Positions 16,249 through 24,016 of a stretch of DNA of 32,000 nucleotides are shown here, one piece after another. The notes beneath the pieces are model-generated. The model was not told the origin of the DNA, ran no database searches, and worked only from the letters and a program-made list of their open reading frames with translations. Origin of the DNA: Crocosphaera subtropica ATCC 51142 (GTDB lineage: Bacteria; Cyanobacteriota; Cyanobacteriia; Cyanobacteriales; Microcystaceae); assembly GCF_000017845.1 (NCBI RefSeq), contig NC_010546.1, positions 1,230,001 to 1,262,000 on the forward strand. The letters are read 5' to 3'. Made by a program: the position numbers and the translations under genes. Numbering within the stretch: the first letter of the stretch is position 1; each line of letters starts with the position of its first letter.

Positions 16249-16608
16249 CTGATATCTTGCACCTTCGCTCAAACGAAGCTCCTTTAGACGTGAGTGTGGT
16301 GTTAGGAGTTCAGAGTGCGACTACGTCGTGCTACGCAACGGAGTTAGAATTTTTTTAACGAGGGAATCAGGGTTTGATAAGAGATCCGCTTTAGATAGTA
16401 TAGTATCAAGTCTCGAAGCAGGGAGCAGGGAGAAGGGAGAAAAAAGTTACTCTACTAAAATAAGCGGATTTGGTATGAGACTTCTTATTGGTTGTCAGTT
16501 TTCCATAGATTCTCTTCCGTCGAACTCAAGTCCTTTAGGGAAGGAACAGGGAACAAAGTTTATTTTGACGGTAACTTCTTAAGAATTGATTTTCTGTCCT
16601 TGGTTATT
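16249..16608. repeat. Composite repeat region: an inverted, interrupted and right-end-truncated copy of the 9781-9887 MITE, carrying a ~230-240 bp internal insert that shares 24/25 nt with the 21438-21557 element
   Basis: CTGATATCTTGCACC is identical at 16249-16263 and 9781-9795. 16264-16287 matches the reverse complement of 9850-9873. 16531-16608 matches the reverse complement of 9811-9856. TAACGAGGGAATCAGGGTTTGAT (16357-16379) is the reverse complement of the 21472-21496 segment. Confidence 0.6.
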
Positions 16609-16623
16609 AAATTTTAAAAAACC

Positions 16624-18543
16624 CTAGGATAAATTAAAACATTGATCATTTTCTTCTAATTGTTTTGTGAGACTATCAGCCATCATAGGCTTAGCAAAAT
16701 AATAGCCTTGACCATAGGCATACCCTAAATTAGAAAGGATTTCTTGCTGTTTTAGGGTTTCTATTCCTTCGGCCACTAAGTTAAATTTCATTTCTTGGGC
16801 GATGGTGGCAATAGCTTTACAGATAGCTAATTTTTCTGTATCTGCTTCATTTTCTGGTACAAAAGAACGATCGACTTTAATTTCATCAAAAGGAAATTGT
16901 AATAACTGTATTAACCCTGCTTGTCCTGTGCCAAAATCGTCCACTTTCAAGCGAACGGACATTTTTTTTAACCAATCTAAGCTTTGACGATATAATTCTA
17001 GATTCTGATAAATGATCCGTTCTGTAATTTCTAATCCTACTAAATGGGGAGCAATATTCGCCTCAATAATCCGTTGATAAATTTGTTCAATAAAATTCTT
17101 GTCTTCTAGTTCTGCTGCACTCAGATTAAAAGATAACCAAAAATTAGGCTTAATCGAATGCCATTGGGTGAGTTGTTCTAATCCTTGACACACAACCCAG
17201 TCGGTAATGGGATAGGTTAATCCTATGGCTTCAGCAACAGGAATAAATTCAGCAGGAGAAATCATTCCCAGTTCGGGAGAACTCCACCGAATTAAAGCTT
17301 CTGCGCCAACAATTTCCCCTGTCGCTAAAGAAACAATGGGTTGATATACTAACCACCGTTCATTTTCTCTTCCTGGTTGTCGTAAATAGGATTCTATTAA
17401 CATCTGACGGGCATATTGATTGGCTAACTGACGATTCCAAAGACGGATACGATTGTTGGGTAACTCAGAACGGCGATCGCTTTTGGCTTCTCTGGCAGCG
17501 GTTTCTGCAATTTGTCGCAATCTATCTATGGATTGATCCTGTTCACATTCGGGAAGATCATTGGTAGCAATTCCCATAGATGCACTAATTTTTGCTCCTT
17601 CAATCTCTAAAGATTGAATTTCTTGCAGGATAGAAACGGCAATAGAATAGACATCAATGATAGGAAAAAGCAACAAAAATTCATCTCCTCCTTCTCGAAT
17701 CGCAATGCCATCATTACGTCTTGTAGAGTCACGAAATATCTCAGCAACAGCTATCAGTATTTTATCCCCTAATTCATGTCCTCGTTGATCGTTAATTCGT
17801 TTAAATCGATCCAAATCAATATAGATACAGGCTTGCCATTGTCGGGTTTCTGAATTCAAAAATCGACGGTTATATAATCCGGTTAACGCATCATAATTCA
17901 GAGGACTAATATCTAGGAAAGTAACATAAAGTAATTGCTGAGAAAGGGGAACAAAAATATTAATAAAATGACCGACTAATTGTTCTTCATAATGAATTTC
18001 AATTTGTTGAGATTTTCCTGTTTCAAAGGCTTGAAAATACAAATCCATTAAGGGCTTTTCTTGAGGATAAACAGGTTGACAAAAAATAGGAAATTTTTCT
18101 CCCAAACATTCCCCTAAATTAAATTGCTCTTGAAACATTTTTTGTCCAACAGCATTAATTTTGAGCAATTTTAAATCATTTTCTTTTTTTTCTAATAAAA
18201 GATTCCCTGTCATCGATTTATCCCAGGTTGTCTCTAATAACTGAAAGGTTTTTCCTAAATACCGTAACTGATGCTGACTTCTGAATAGAGCAATCACTGC
18301 TGTCCAGGAAACAATAGCTGTTATTAGATGCCAATAGGTAACATGATGGTAAAATGCGGCTAAAAAATGACCAACTCCACAACTAAAAACAAAAGCGATC
18401 GCCAATAATAAATTAATCCAAATGGTTCGTTGTGCATTGTTTAATAGAGGTAAGAGCAATGCTGGAATTAAAAAGTAAGCACCGGCGATCGCTGCGTTAA
18501 AAATGCGATAATTATGATCCAAAATGAAACCTCGATAAGCCAA
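16624..18543 (-). CDS. Membrane-anchored GGDEF-EAL protein (c-di-GMP cyclase/phosphodiesterase)
   Basis: 639 aa. N-terminal hydrophobic helices, GGDEF motif (REGGDEFLL), and EAL-domain motifs EALIRW, DDFGTG and AEGIET. Confidence 0.9.
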   Translation of the reverse strand: MAYRGFILDHNYRIFNAAIAGAYFLIPALLLPLLNNAQRTIWINLLLAIAFVFSCGVGHFLAAFYHHVTYWHLITAIVSWTAVIALFRSQHQLRYLGKTFQLLETTWDKSMTGNLLLEKKENDLKLLKINAVGQKMFQEQFNLGECLGEKFPIFCQPVYPQEKPLMDLYFQAFETGKSQQIEIHYEEQLVGHFINIFVPLSQQLLYVTFLDISPLNYDALTGLYNRRFLNSETRQWQACIYIDLDRFKRINDQRGHELGDKILIAVAEIFRDSTRRNDGIAIREGGDEFLLLFPIIDVYSIAVSILQEIQSLEIEGAKISASMGIATNDLPECEQDQSIDRLRQIAETAAREAKSDRRSELPNNRIRLWNRQLANQYARQMLIESYLRQPGRENERWLVYQPIVSLATGEIVGAEALIRWSSPELGMISPAEFIPVAEAIGLTYPITDWVVCQGLEQLTQWHSIKPNFWLSFNLSAAELEDKNFIEQIYQRIIEANIAPHLVGLEITERIIYQNLELYRQSLDWLKKMSVRLKVDDFGTGQAGLIQLLQFPFDEIKVDRSFVPENEADTEKLAICKAIATIAQEMKFNLVAEGIETLKQQEILSNLGYAYGQGYYFAKPMMADSLTKQLEENDQCFNLS

Positions 18544-18874
18544 TACTACAGATAATTAATTGTCTCCTTTTATAAGTTTTATATACTTATACATTTAATA
18601 AGTACATATAGCTAACTTGAGGAAATAAAAAACTATCAATTTCAGTATTCCCACTTTTGACCCTCAAACTAACATTGAGAATGATTAAGGTTTTATGGGA
18701 AAAAATTTAATCGTCAGGAAACAACAATTATTTACAATTACCTTATAATCACAAAAATTGATGAAGTCTAAGCATTATATATACAAATTTTTTCTATTTT
18801 AACAAGGACTCTTATTAATTCTTAATTATTTATCGATTATGAGATCCATCCAGTAGGATATCCCATAGCTTATA

Positions 18875-19660
18875 TTAAGCTCTAAATTGTTTTTCTACAG
18901 CCCTCAGCAAAAATTCTCTCGGTAAAAAACGGGTAATATTAACAATAATCTTGTTTCCAATTCCTCCTGTTACCACATTAGATTTATGATTATCTAAAGC
19001 GTTTAGGGCATCTTTGACTACAGCCATTGCTGATGTTAAATTACCATTATTCTTATCTTGAAAACTTTGAGGAAATCGGGCTGCTTCAAAGAATTCGGAC
19101 TCCGTTGGTCCAGGACATAAGGCTAAACATTTGATACCTTTATCTTTATTTTCTGCCCATAATGCTTCAGTAAAACTGAGAACAAAGGCCTTAGTTGCTG
19201 CATAAAGGGACATATAAGCTAAAGGTTGAAATCCCGCAATAGAAGACACATTGATGATACTTCCTTCTCCTCGTTGCTGCATCTGAGATAAAAACAGATG
19301 GGTTAATTCAACCAAAACAGTCACATTTAGTTGAATCATTGCTAACTGTCGAGATAAGTCTCGCTCATAAAAGAGTCCATAATCCCCGAAACCAGCGTTA
19401 TTTATCAATAAATCTACCGATAAGCCCTTATTTTGAACCCAATCATATACCTTTTGACCCGCCTGGGGTTCCGTTAAATCTTGTACCATCACCTTAACAT
19501 CAATCGAGGTCTTTTCTCGTAAATGTTTAGCTAATCTATATAGTTTATCCTGGGAACGGGCAATTAAAATGAGATTAGTTTGACGAGTCGCTAATTCTTC
19601 AGCGAATGCTTGTCCAATACCCGAAGATGCGCCGGTAATTAGAGCCGTTTTCATCACCAT
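18875..19660 (-). CDS. Short-chain dehydrogenase/reductase (classical SDR)
   Basis: TGASSGIG cofactor motif, NNAG, and catalytic YxxxK (YAATK). The start may be the ATG at 19654 (MKTALITG). Confidence 0.85.
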   Translation of the reverse strand: MVMKTALITGASSGIGQAFAEELATRQTNLILIARSQDKLYRLAKHLREKTSIDVKVMVQDLTEPQAGQKVYDWVQNKGLSVDLLINNAGFGDYGLFYERDLSRQLAMIQLNVTVLVELTHLFLSQMQQRGEGSIINVSSIAGFQPLAYMSLYAATKAFVLSFTEALWAENKDKGIKCLALCPGPTESEFFEAARFPQSFQDKNNGNLTSAMAVVKDALNALDNHKSNVVTGGIGNKIIVNITRFLPREFLLRAVEKQFRA

Positions 19661-19690
19661 TATGATTACAATCTAAAAGGAGTTACTATT

Positions 19691-19705
19691 GTTACAAATT
19701 GTAAC
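19691..19705. promoter_or_regulatory. Palindrome GTTACA-AAT-TGTAAC in the divergent SDR / LptF-G promoter region, preceded by a third GTTAC half-site at 19682-19686
   Basis: Read directly from the sequence. No regulator is assigned. Confidence 0.25.
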
Positions 19706-19791
19706 GCAAGTGAACAGAAAAAATCCAACGCCAAGGCTGAGTCAACAGCTTGTGCAACTCACCCTTTTTTTTGCCGTCAGTAACCTTATGA

Positions 19792-20997
19792 ATGATACCC
19801 CGAAAACCGATGCCCATGAAAGTTATTAAATTCTTAGGTCACTTTCTGCGATTGCGGTGGGGTGCTAAGTCTTTATCCCTAATGGATCGCTATCTGGCTT
19901 CACAGTTAATTGGCCCCTTATTATTTTCTGTGGGTTTAGTGTCCGTCTTGGGAGTGGCCATTGGTTATTTATCGGACTTAGCGGATAAGGTGGTAGATTC
20001 TAATTTACCCCTAATACAAGCCTCAGAAATTTTACTATTAAAGGTGCCAGAGTTTACCGCTTATGCGTTGCCCATTTCTGTGATGCTAAGTACCTTATTA
20101 ACCTATGGACGTTTGAGTAACGATAGTGAATTAATTGCCTTTCGGGGGTGTGGGGTTAGTCTCTATCGTTTGATTGTTCCTGCGGTGGTGATGAGTTTGG
20201 TAGTCACAGGGGTGACATTTTTAGTCAGTGAATTGGTGGTTCCGGCGGCCAATTATCGGGCTACCGCTATTTTAGTGGAGTATCTACAAGAGGAGCATCC
20301 CTATTGGCAAAATAAAGACATTTTCTATCCTGATTATGAGCAAGTGGTTTTACCCAATGGAGAAAAAGAAAAGCGGTTAAAACATTTATTTTTTGCCGAA
20401 CAATTTGATGGTCAAAATCTTAAAACGTTAACAGTTTTAGAATGGTTAGAAGAACGATTAAATCGTATTGTCGTGTCCGATTCAGCTACATGGAATGGAC
20501 AAGAAGAAACTTGGGATTTTTTCGATGGGACGATTTATCAATTAGCCCCAGATGCGTCCTATAAAGAAGCTTATCCCTTTGAACACCGACAATTACCTTT
20601 AACCAAAGCAGCCTTTGAATTTGCCTTACAAGGCCGTGATCCCTACGAAATGAATATTATTCAGGCTAGGCAATATATGAAAATTTTAAAGATGATGGGG
20701 GATGATAAAAAGTTACGAATGTTTCAAGTGAGAATTCAACAAAAATTGGCGTTTCCCTTCATTTGTGTCGTGTTTGGGGTAGTGGGTTCGGCCTTGGGGT
20801 CTATGCCTCAGCAGATGAGTCGGGCGACGGGTTTTGGCTTAAGTGTGGTGATTATTTTTAGTTACTATCTATTAGGCTTTCTTATTGGCAGTTTGGGTTT
20901 AATGGGGTTAATTTCACCTGTTTTAGCGGGCTGGCTACCTAATATTCTGGGGTTAGCAATGGGAGGCTGGTTACTATATCGTTTTGCTGAATCTTGA
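19792..20997 (+). CDS. LptF/LptG-family (YjgP/YjgQ) permease
   Basis: 401 aa. MDRYLASQLIGPLLFSVGL start-region motif, three N-terminal helices, a periplasmic beta-jellyroll-sized insert, and three C-terminal helices. The true start may lie downstream of 19792. Confidence 0.8.
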   Translation: MIPRKPMPMKVIKFLGHFLRLRWGAKSLSLMDRYLASQLIGPLLFSVGLVSVLGVAIGYLSDLADKVVDSNLPLIQASEILLLKVPEFTAYALPISVMLSTLLTYGRLSNDSELIAFRGCGVSLYRLIVPAVVMSLVVTGVTFLVSELVVPAANYRATAILVEYLQEEHPYWQNKDIFYPDYEQVVLPNGEKEKRLKHLFFAEQFDGQNLKTLTVLEWLEERLNRIVVSDSATWNGQEETWDFFDGTIYQLAPDASYKEAYPFEHRQLPLTKAAFEFALQGRDPYEMNIIQARQYMKILKMMGDDKKLRMFQVRIQQKLAFPFICVVFGVVGSALGSMPQQMSRATGFGLSVVIIFSYYLLGFLIGSLGLMGLISPVLAGWLPNILGLAMGGWLLYRFAES

Positions 20998-21014
20998 AGT
21001 TTCTGGTGTAATAA

Positions 21015-21164
21015 AATAATAAAGTTGTATAATTTTGATAGCTAAAACTATTTATTTTTCGTTAACTATAAAAATTATTCAGAAAATAAAGTTATATAAT
21101 TTCGCCTGTTCGATAGATGGGCTAGTTTGAATTTTTTCTTTTGTCGAATAATAAAGTTGTATAA
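21015..21164 (+). repeat. Three direct repeats of AATAAAGTTRTATAA (21015-21032, 21084-21099, 21147-21164) separated by unrelated spacers of 51 and 47 nt
   Basis: Repeats 1 and 3 are identical over 18 nt (AATAATAAAGTTGTATAA). Repeat 2 is AAATAAAGTTATATAA. The first repeat starts 17 nt after the LptF/G stop codon. Confidence 0.6.
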
Positions 21165-21437
21165 GTTAAACGAGCGCCGAATATTATACCCTTGCTATGA
21201 TATTTTTATCGGTAAGCCTGTATGAATTTTAGGAGGTATAGCCATACTCTCCAATACTGGATTTCAAGCATGGTGCGCACTGGCGAAGCCAGATCCGTGC
21301 AGGATCGCTTAAAATGTCGCAATAGCAAAGAGATTTGGTTCATAAAATTCGGATTTTCTGCCCCACTTGTAAGGTTAAAGGGAGTTTAAAAAATGTTCAT
21401 AAACTTCATGGTAATAGAAAAATGGGCAGAGAACTAT

Positions 21438-21557
21438 TTATTCCTCTTCTGTCAGACTCTGAAAAATGGGAATCAAACCCTGATTCTCTCGTTAGGTGTC
21501 GTTGGCTGTAATGACGGAAATTCTTCAGAATTTAGGAAAGTGACAGAAGAGGGATAA
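21438..21557. mobile_element. MITE-like 120-bp element with 17-bp terminal inverted repeats TTATTCCTCTTCTGTCA / TGACAGAAGAGGGATAA (16 of 17 complementary)
   Basis: TIRs read directly from the sequence. Internal sub-hairpin GAATCA-AACCC-TGATTC. It shares 24/25 nt with 16357-16381 on the opposite strand. Confidence 0.6.
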
Positions 21558-21768
21558 TTTTAGTCTAACAAGGTTAAATTACCTGCCATTGTTCAGTTTT
21601 ATGAATAGGATGATTCAGTTCTGCAATATTGGAATCAACCCATTAAATTGTTTAACAGTAAGGATCTGATTGAAATTTGATTTAAGCATTTTGCTCTCAC
21701 TTCATGATTATAAACTAGAATTTTTGTAGCGTTTTTCTCTCAGTATCACCTCTTTAAGAAAGTTACTT

Positions 21769-23169
21769 ATGAAAAAAGATTCCGTGGGTGACTCAAAAGA
21801 TTCGACGGCTCCTCAGCCAGAGGAAAAAAACAGTTCGAGGCTCATGCCCCAAGCTTTGTTGGAGGCCAAACAAAAGCTCAAGATTAGGCTTCTCCTGTGG
21901 GCCGCCTTAGTGGGTATTTTAACAGGAGGAGTCGGAACTTTATTTCAAGTAGCTGTCTCTCAACTGATCCAAGGAAGAGAATATTTAATACAGTTGGTCA
22001 AAAACGATGCTGTCTTAAACTGGTTAGTGCCAACTGTACTCTCAGCCATCATGGTCTATTTAGCCTTTGGGTTGATGCGTCGATTAGCCCCTGAAACTGG
22101 AGGTAGTGGGATTCCTCAAATTGAAGGGTTTCTTGACGCACTTCTTCCCTTACGCTGGCAATGGGTTCTCCCTGTTAAGTTTTTAGGGGGACTATTAGCT
22201 CTGGGTAGTGGCATGGTATTAGGGCGAGAAGGCCCAACCATTCAAATGGGAGGAAGCATTGGCAAGATGGTGGGGAGTTACTTTCGTAGTTCGGGAGAAC
22301 AAATCAAGATTCTAGTAGCGGCCGGAGCAGGAGCCGGACTAGCTAGTGCCTTTAATGCACCCTTAGCTGGTATTTTGTTTGTTAACGAAGAGATGCGTCC
22401 TAACTTTAAAGATCGCATTAGTTCCTATCGGGCAGTGGCACTGGCCTCAGTGATGGCAACCATTGTCGTAAGAATTTTTCTCGGTCAAGGTGCTGATATC
22501 AAGATCACTAAATTCGAGGCACCCCCCTTAGTGTCACTTCTAGGCTTTGCCCTCTTAGGTATCTGTTTAGGGATTATCGGTTATGTGTTTAATTTGTGTC
22601 TCTTTCGCACCCTTGACTGGTTTTCCAACCAAAGAGGTTTGTCCTATCTGGTTACTGGTTTATATGTCGGTGCTGCGATCGGTTTCCTGAGTTGGTTATA
22701 TCCTCCAATTATTGGAGGTGGTGATGAGACAATTTTTTGGGCGTTTAGAAATGAAGCACCTGGCTATGTCTTACTTTCGCTCTTTTTGCTTCGTTTTGGA
22801 CTAACGATGTTCTGCTACGGTTGTGGAGTCCCTGGCGGTATCTTTGCACCGATGCTTGCGTTAGCCACGACCTTCAGTATGGGGGCTACTCAGGAAGTTC
22901 ATGATTGGTTTGAGTTTCCTTTTCTACTTCCCGAACCAGATGCTTTTGCTGTGGCGGGAATGGGGGCATTGGTAGCTGCCACCGTGCGCGCTCCTTTGAC
23001 GGCAATTGTGTTAACCATTGAGATGACAGATAATTATTTATTAATTTTGCCTTTATTAGTGACCTGTTTAACTTCTACTATTACGGCTCATGCTTTAGGC
23101 GGAGAGCCGATTTACAGCGTGCTTCTGAAGCGGAACTTAAGACGGACTCAGCTAGAACAATCAAGTTAA
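21769..23169 (+). CDS. clcA: ClC-family H+/Cl- antiporter / chloride channel
   Basis: 466 aa. Selectivity-filter motifs GSGIPQ, GREGPTIQMG and GIFAPML, and the gating-Glu context GREGP as in ClC-ec1. Confidence 0.9.
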   Translation: MKKDSVGDSKDSTAPQPEEKNSSRLMPQALLEAKQKLKIRLLLWAALVGILTGGVGTLFQVAVSQLIQGREYLIQLVKNDAVLNWLVPTVLSAIMVYLAFGLMRRLAPETGGSGIPQIEGFLDALLPLRWQWVLPVKFLGGLLALGSGMVLGREGPTIQMGGSIGKMVGSYFRSSGEQIKILVAAGAGAGLASAFNAPLAGILFVNEEMRPNFKDRISSYRAVALASVMATIVVRIFLGQGADIKITKFEAPPLVSLLGFALLGICLGIIGYVFNLCLFRTLDWFSNQRGLSYLVTGLYVGAAIGFLSWLYPPIIGGGDETIFWAFRNEAPGYVLLSLFLLRFGLTMFCYGCGVPGGIFAPMLALATTFSMGATQEVHDWFEFPFLLPEPDAFAVAGMGALVAATVRAPLTAIVLTIEMTDNYLLILPLLVTCLTSTITAHALGGEPIYSVLLKRNLRRTQLEQSS

Positions 23170-23201
23170 TGTTCTAAATTTTACCAATGCAAAGTTAATT
23201 T

Positions 23202-23897
23202 CTAATCGGAGGCGCTATACAAAGAAACTAATCTAGCCACGATTACTGTCAAATAAATAGCCCCTACCATTGCTTCAAAATTAGACAAAACCATGACCCA
23301 TTTACCGGTAGGAAAAATATCGCCATAACCGACAGTCGTTAAAGTAATTAAACTAAAATACATGGCTAAATTCCAAGGCTTCAGTTCATATTCCCTCGAA
23401 ACATCAATATGAAAAGCTTGAGGATTAATTTCCCAGATTGTGTAATAGATAAAAGACCAAATAATGCCAATAAACAGATAAGCAGTAATCGCTGAAACGA
23501 TAGTTTGATTAGTAACAGTTGGCCTGCGAGCGAGTATCTTTATGGTGGTGAGCCAGCCGTATCCAAAAACGCTAATTTTGATTAAGCCAGCATATATTAA
23601 AAACAATTGTTTTAGATGAGGAAACAAACTAAAATACAGAAAAAAATCAGAAATTAAAACTGTAAAAATTAAAGATAATAGAATGAAAACACTGCGGTTA
23701 GAATAAATATGATGATGTTTGTAAAAGCCTCGTAAACTGATTAAGGCCATGGTGAGTAAAAATAAAAGATTTGTACATAATAACTGGACAGTTGTTTCAC
23801 TAACAATAGCAATGACAATACTAATAACAGTTAGAAATAGAATCAAATAAGAGTTGGTTAATATATCAAGCATAATTTTTTCTATCAAATCAAACAA
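23202..23897 (-). CDS. Potassium channel protein (2TM pore module preceded by extra helices)
   Basis: K+ selectivity filter TTVGYGD, with a multi-helix N-terminal region. The first ATG is at 23873; the ORF-track start at 23897 is a TTG. Confidence 0.8.
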   Translation of the reverse strand: MFDLIEKIMLDILTNSYLILFLTVISIVIAIVSETTVQLLCTNLLFLLTMALISLRGFYKHHHIYSNRSVFILLSLIFTVLISDFFLYFSLFPHLKQLFLIYAGLIKISVFGYGWLTTIKILARRPTVTNQTIVSAITAYLFIGIIWSFIYYTIWEINPQAFHIDVSREYELKPWNLAMYFSLITLTTVGYGDIFPTGKWVMVLSNFEAMVGAIYLTVIVARLVSLYSASD

Positions 23898-24016
23898 AGC
23901 ATAATCTATATTAACCTCAGTTTGGTTAAAATCCTTCTATCTTAATCTTATCTAATACCCATAATTTGCCTCAGTTAATAGTTATTTACATGGAAATATT
24001 CTCAAACTAAGCAGGT

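Noticed and set aside
16170-16330. yybP-ykoY manganese riboswitch in the mntC leader
   Set aside because: That riboswitch normally controls Mn exporters, not importers. The leader is dominated by AT-rich 11-bp repeats and I saw no four-way-junction-like GC stems.
16328-16582. 84-aa ORF (+) between mntC and the GGDEF-EAL gene
   Set aside because: It has a GTG start and no ribosome-binding site. It lies entirely within the MITE-derived repeat patchwork and has a low-complexity, unrecognisable sequence. Most likely spurious.
21015-21164. Possible mini-CRISPR array (three repeats with unrelated spacers)
   Set aside because: The repeats are only 16-18 nt, against typical CRISPR repeats of about 28-37 nt, and one of the three copies is degenerate. 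There are no cas genes or leader-like context in the window. I kept it as an unexplained direct-repeat feature instead.
21270-21389. 39-aa ORF (MVRTGEARSVQDRLKCRNSKEIWFIKFGFSAPLVRLKGV) in the long intergenic region
   Set aside because: There is no convincing Shine-Dalgarno at a usable distance and I recognise no similar protein. It is mentioned only under the GC-rich patch finding.
21170-21768. Fluoride (crcB-type) riboswitch upstream of the ClC gene
   Set aside because: I could not find the conserved riboswitch core by eye. The ClC protein also carries the GSGIPQ / GREGP / GIFAP filter typical of chloride-type ClcA rather than the fluoride-specific clade. A cmscan would be decisive.
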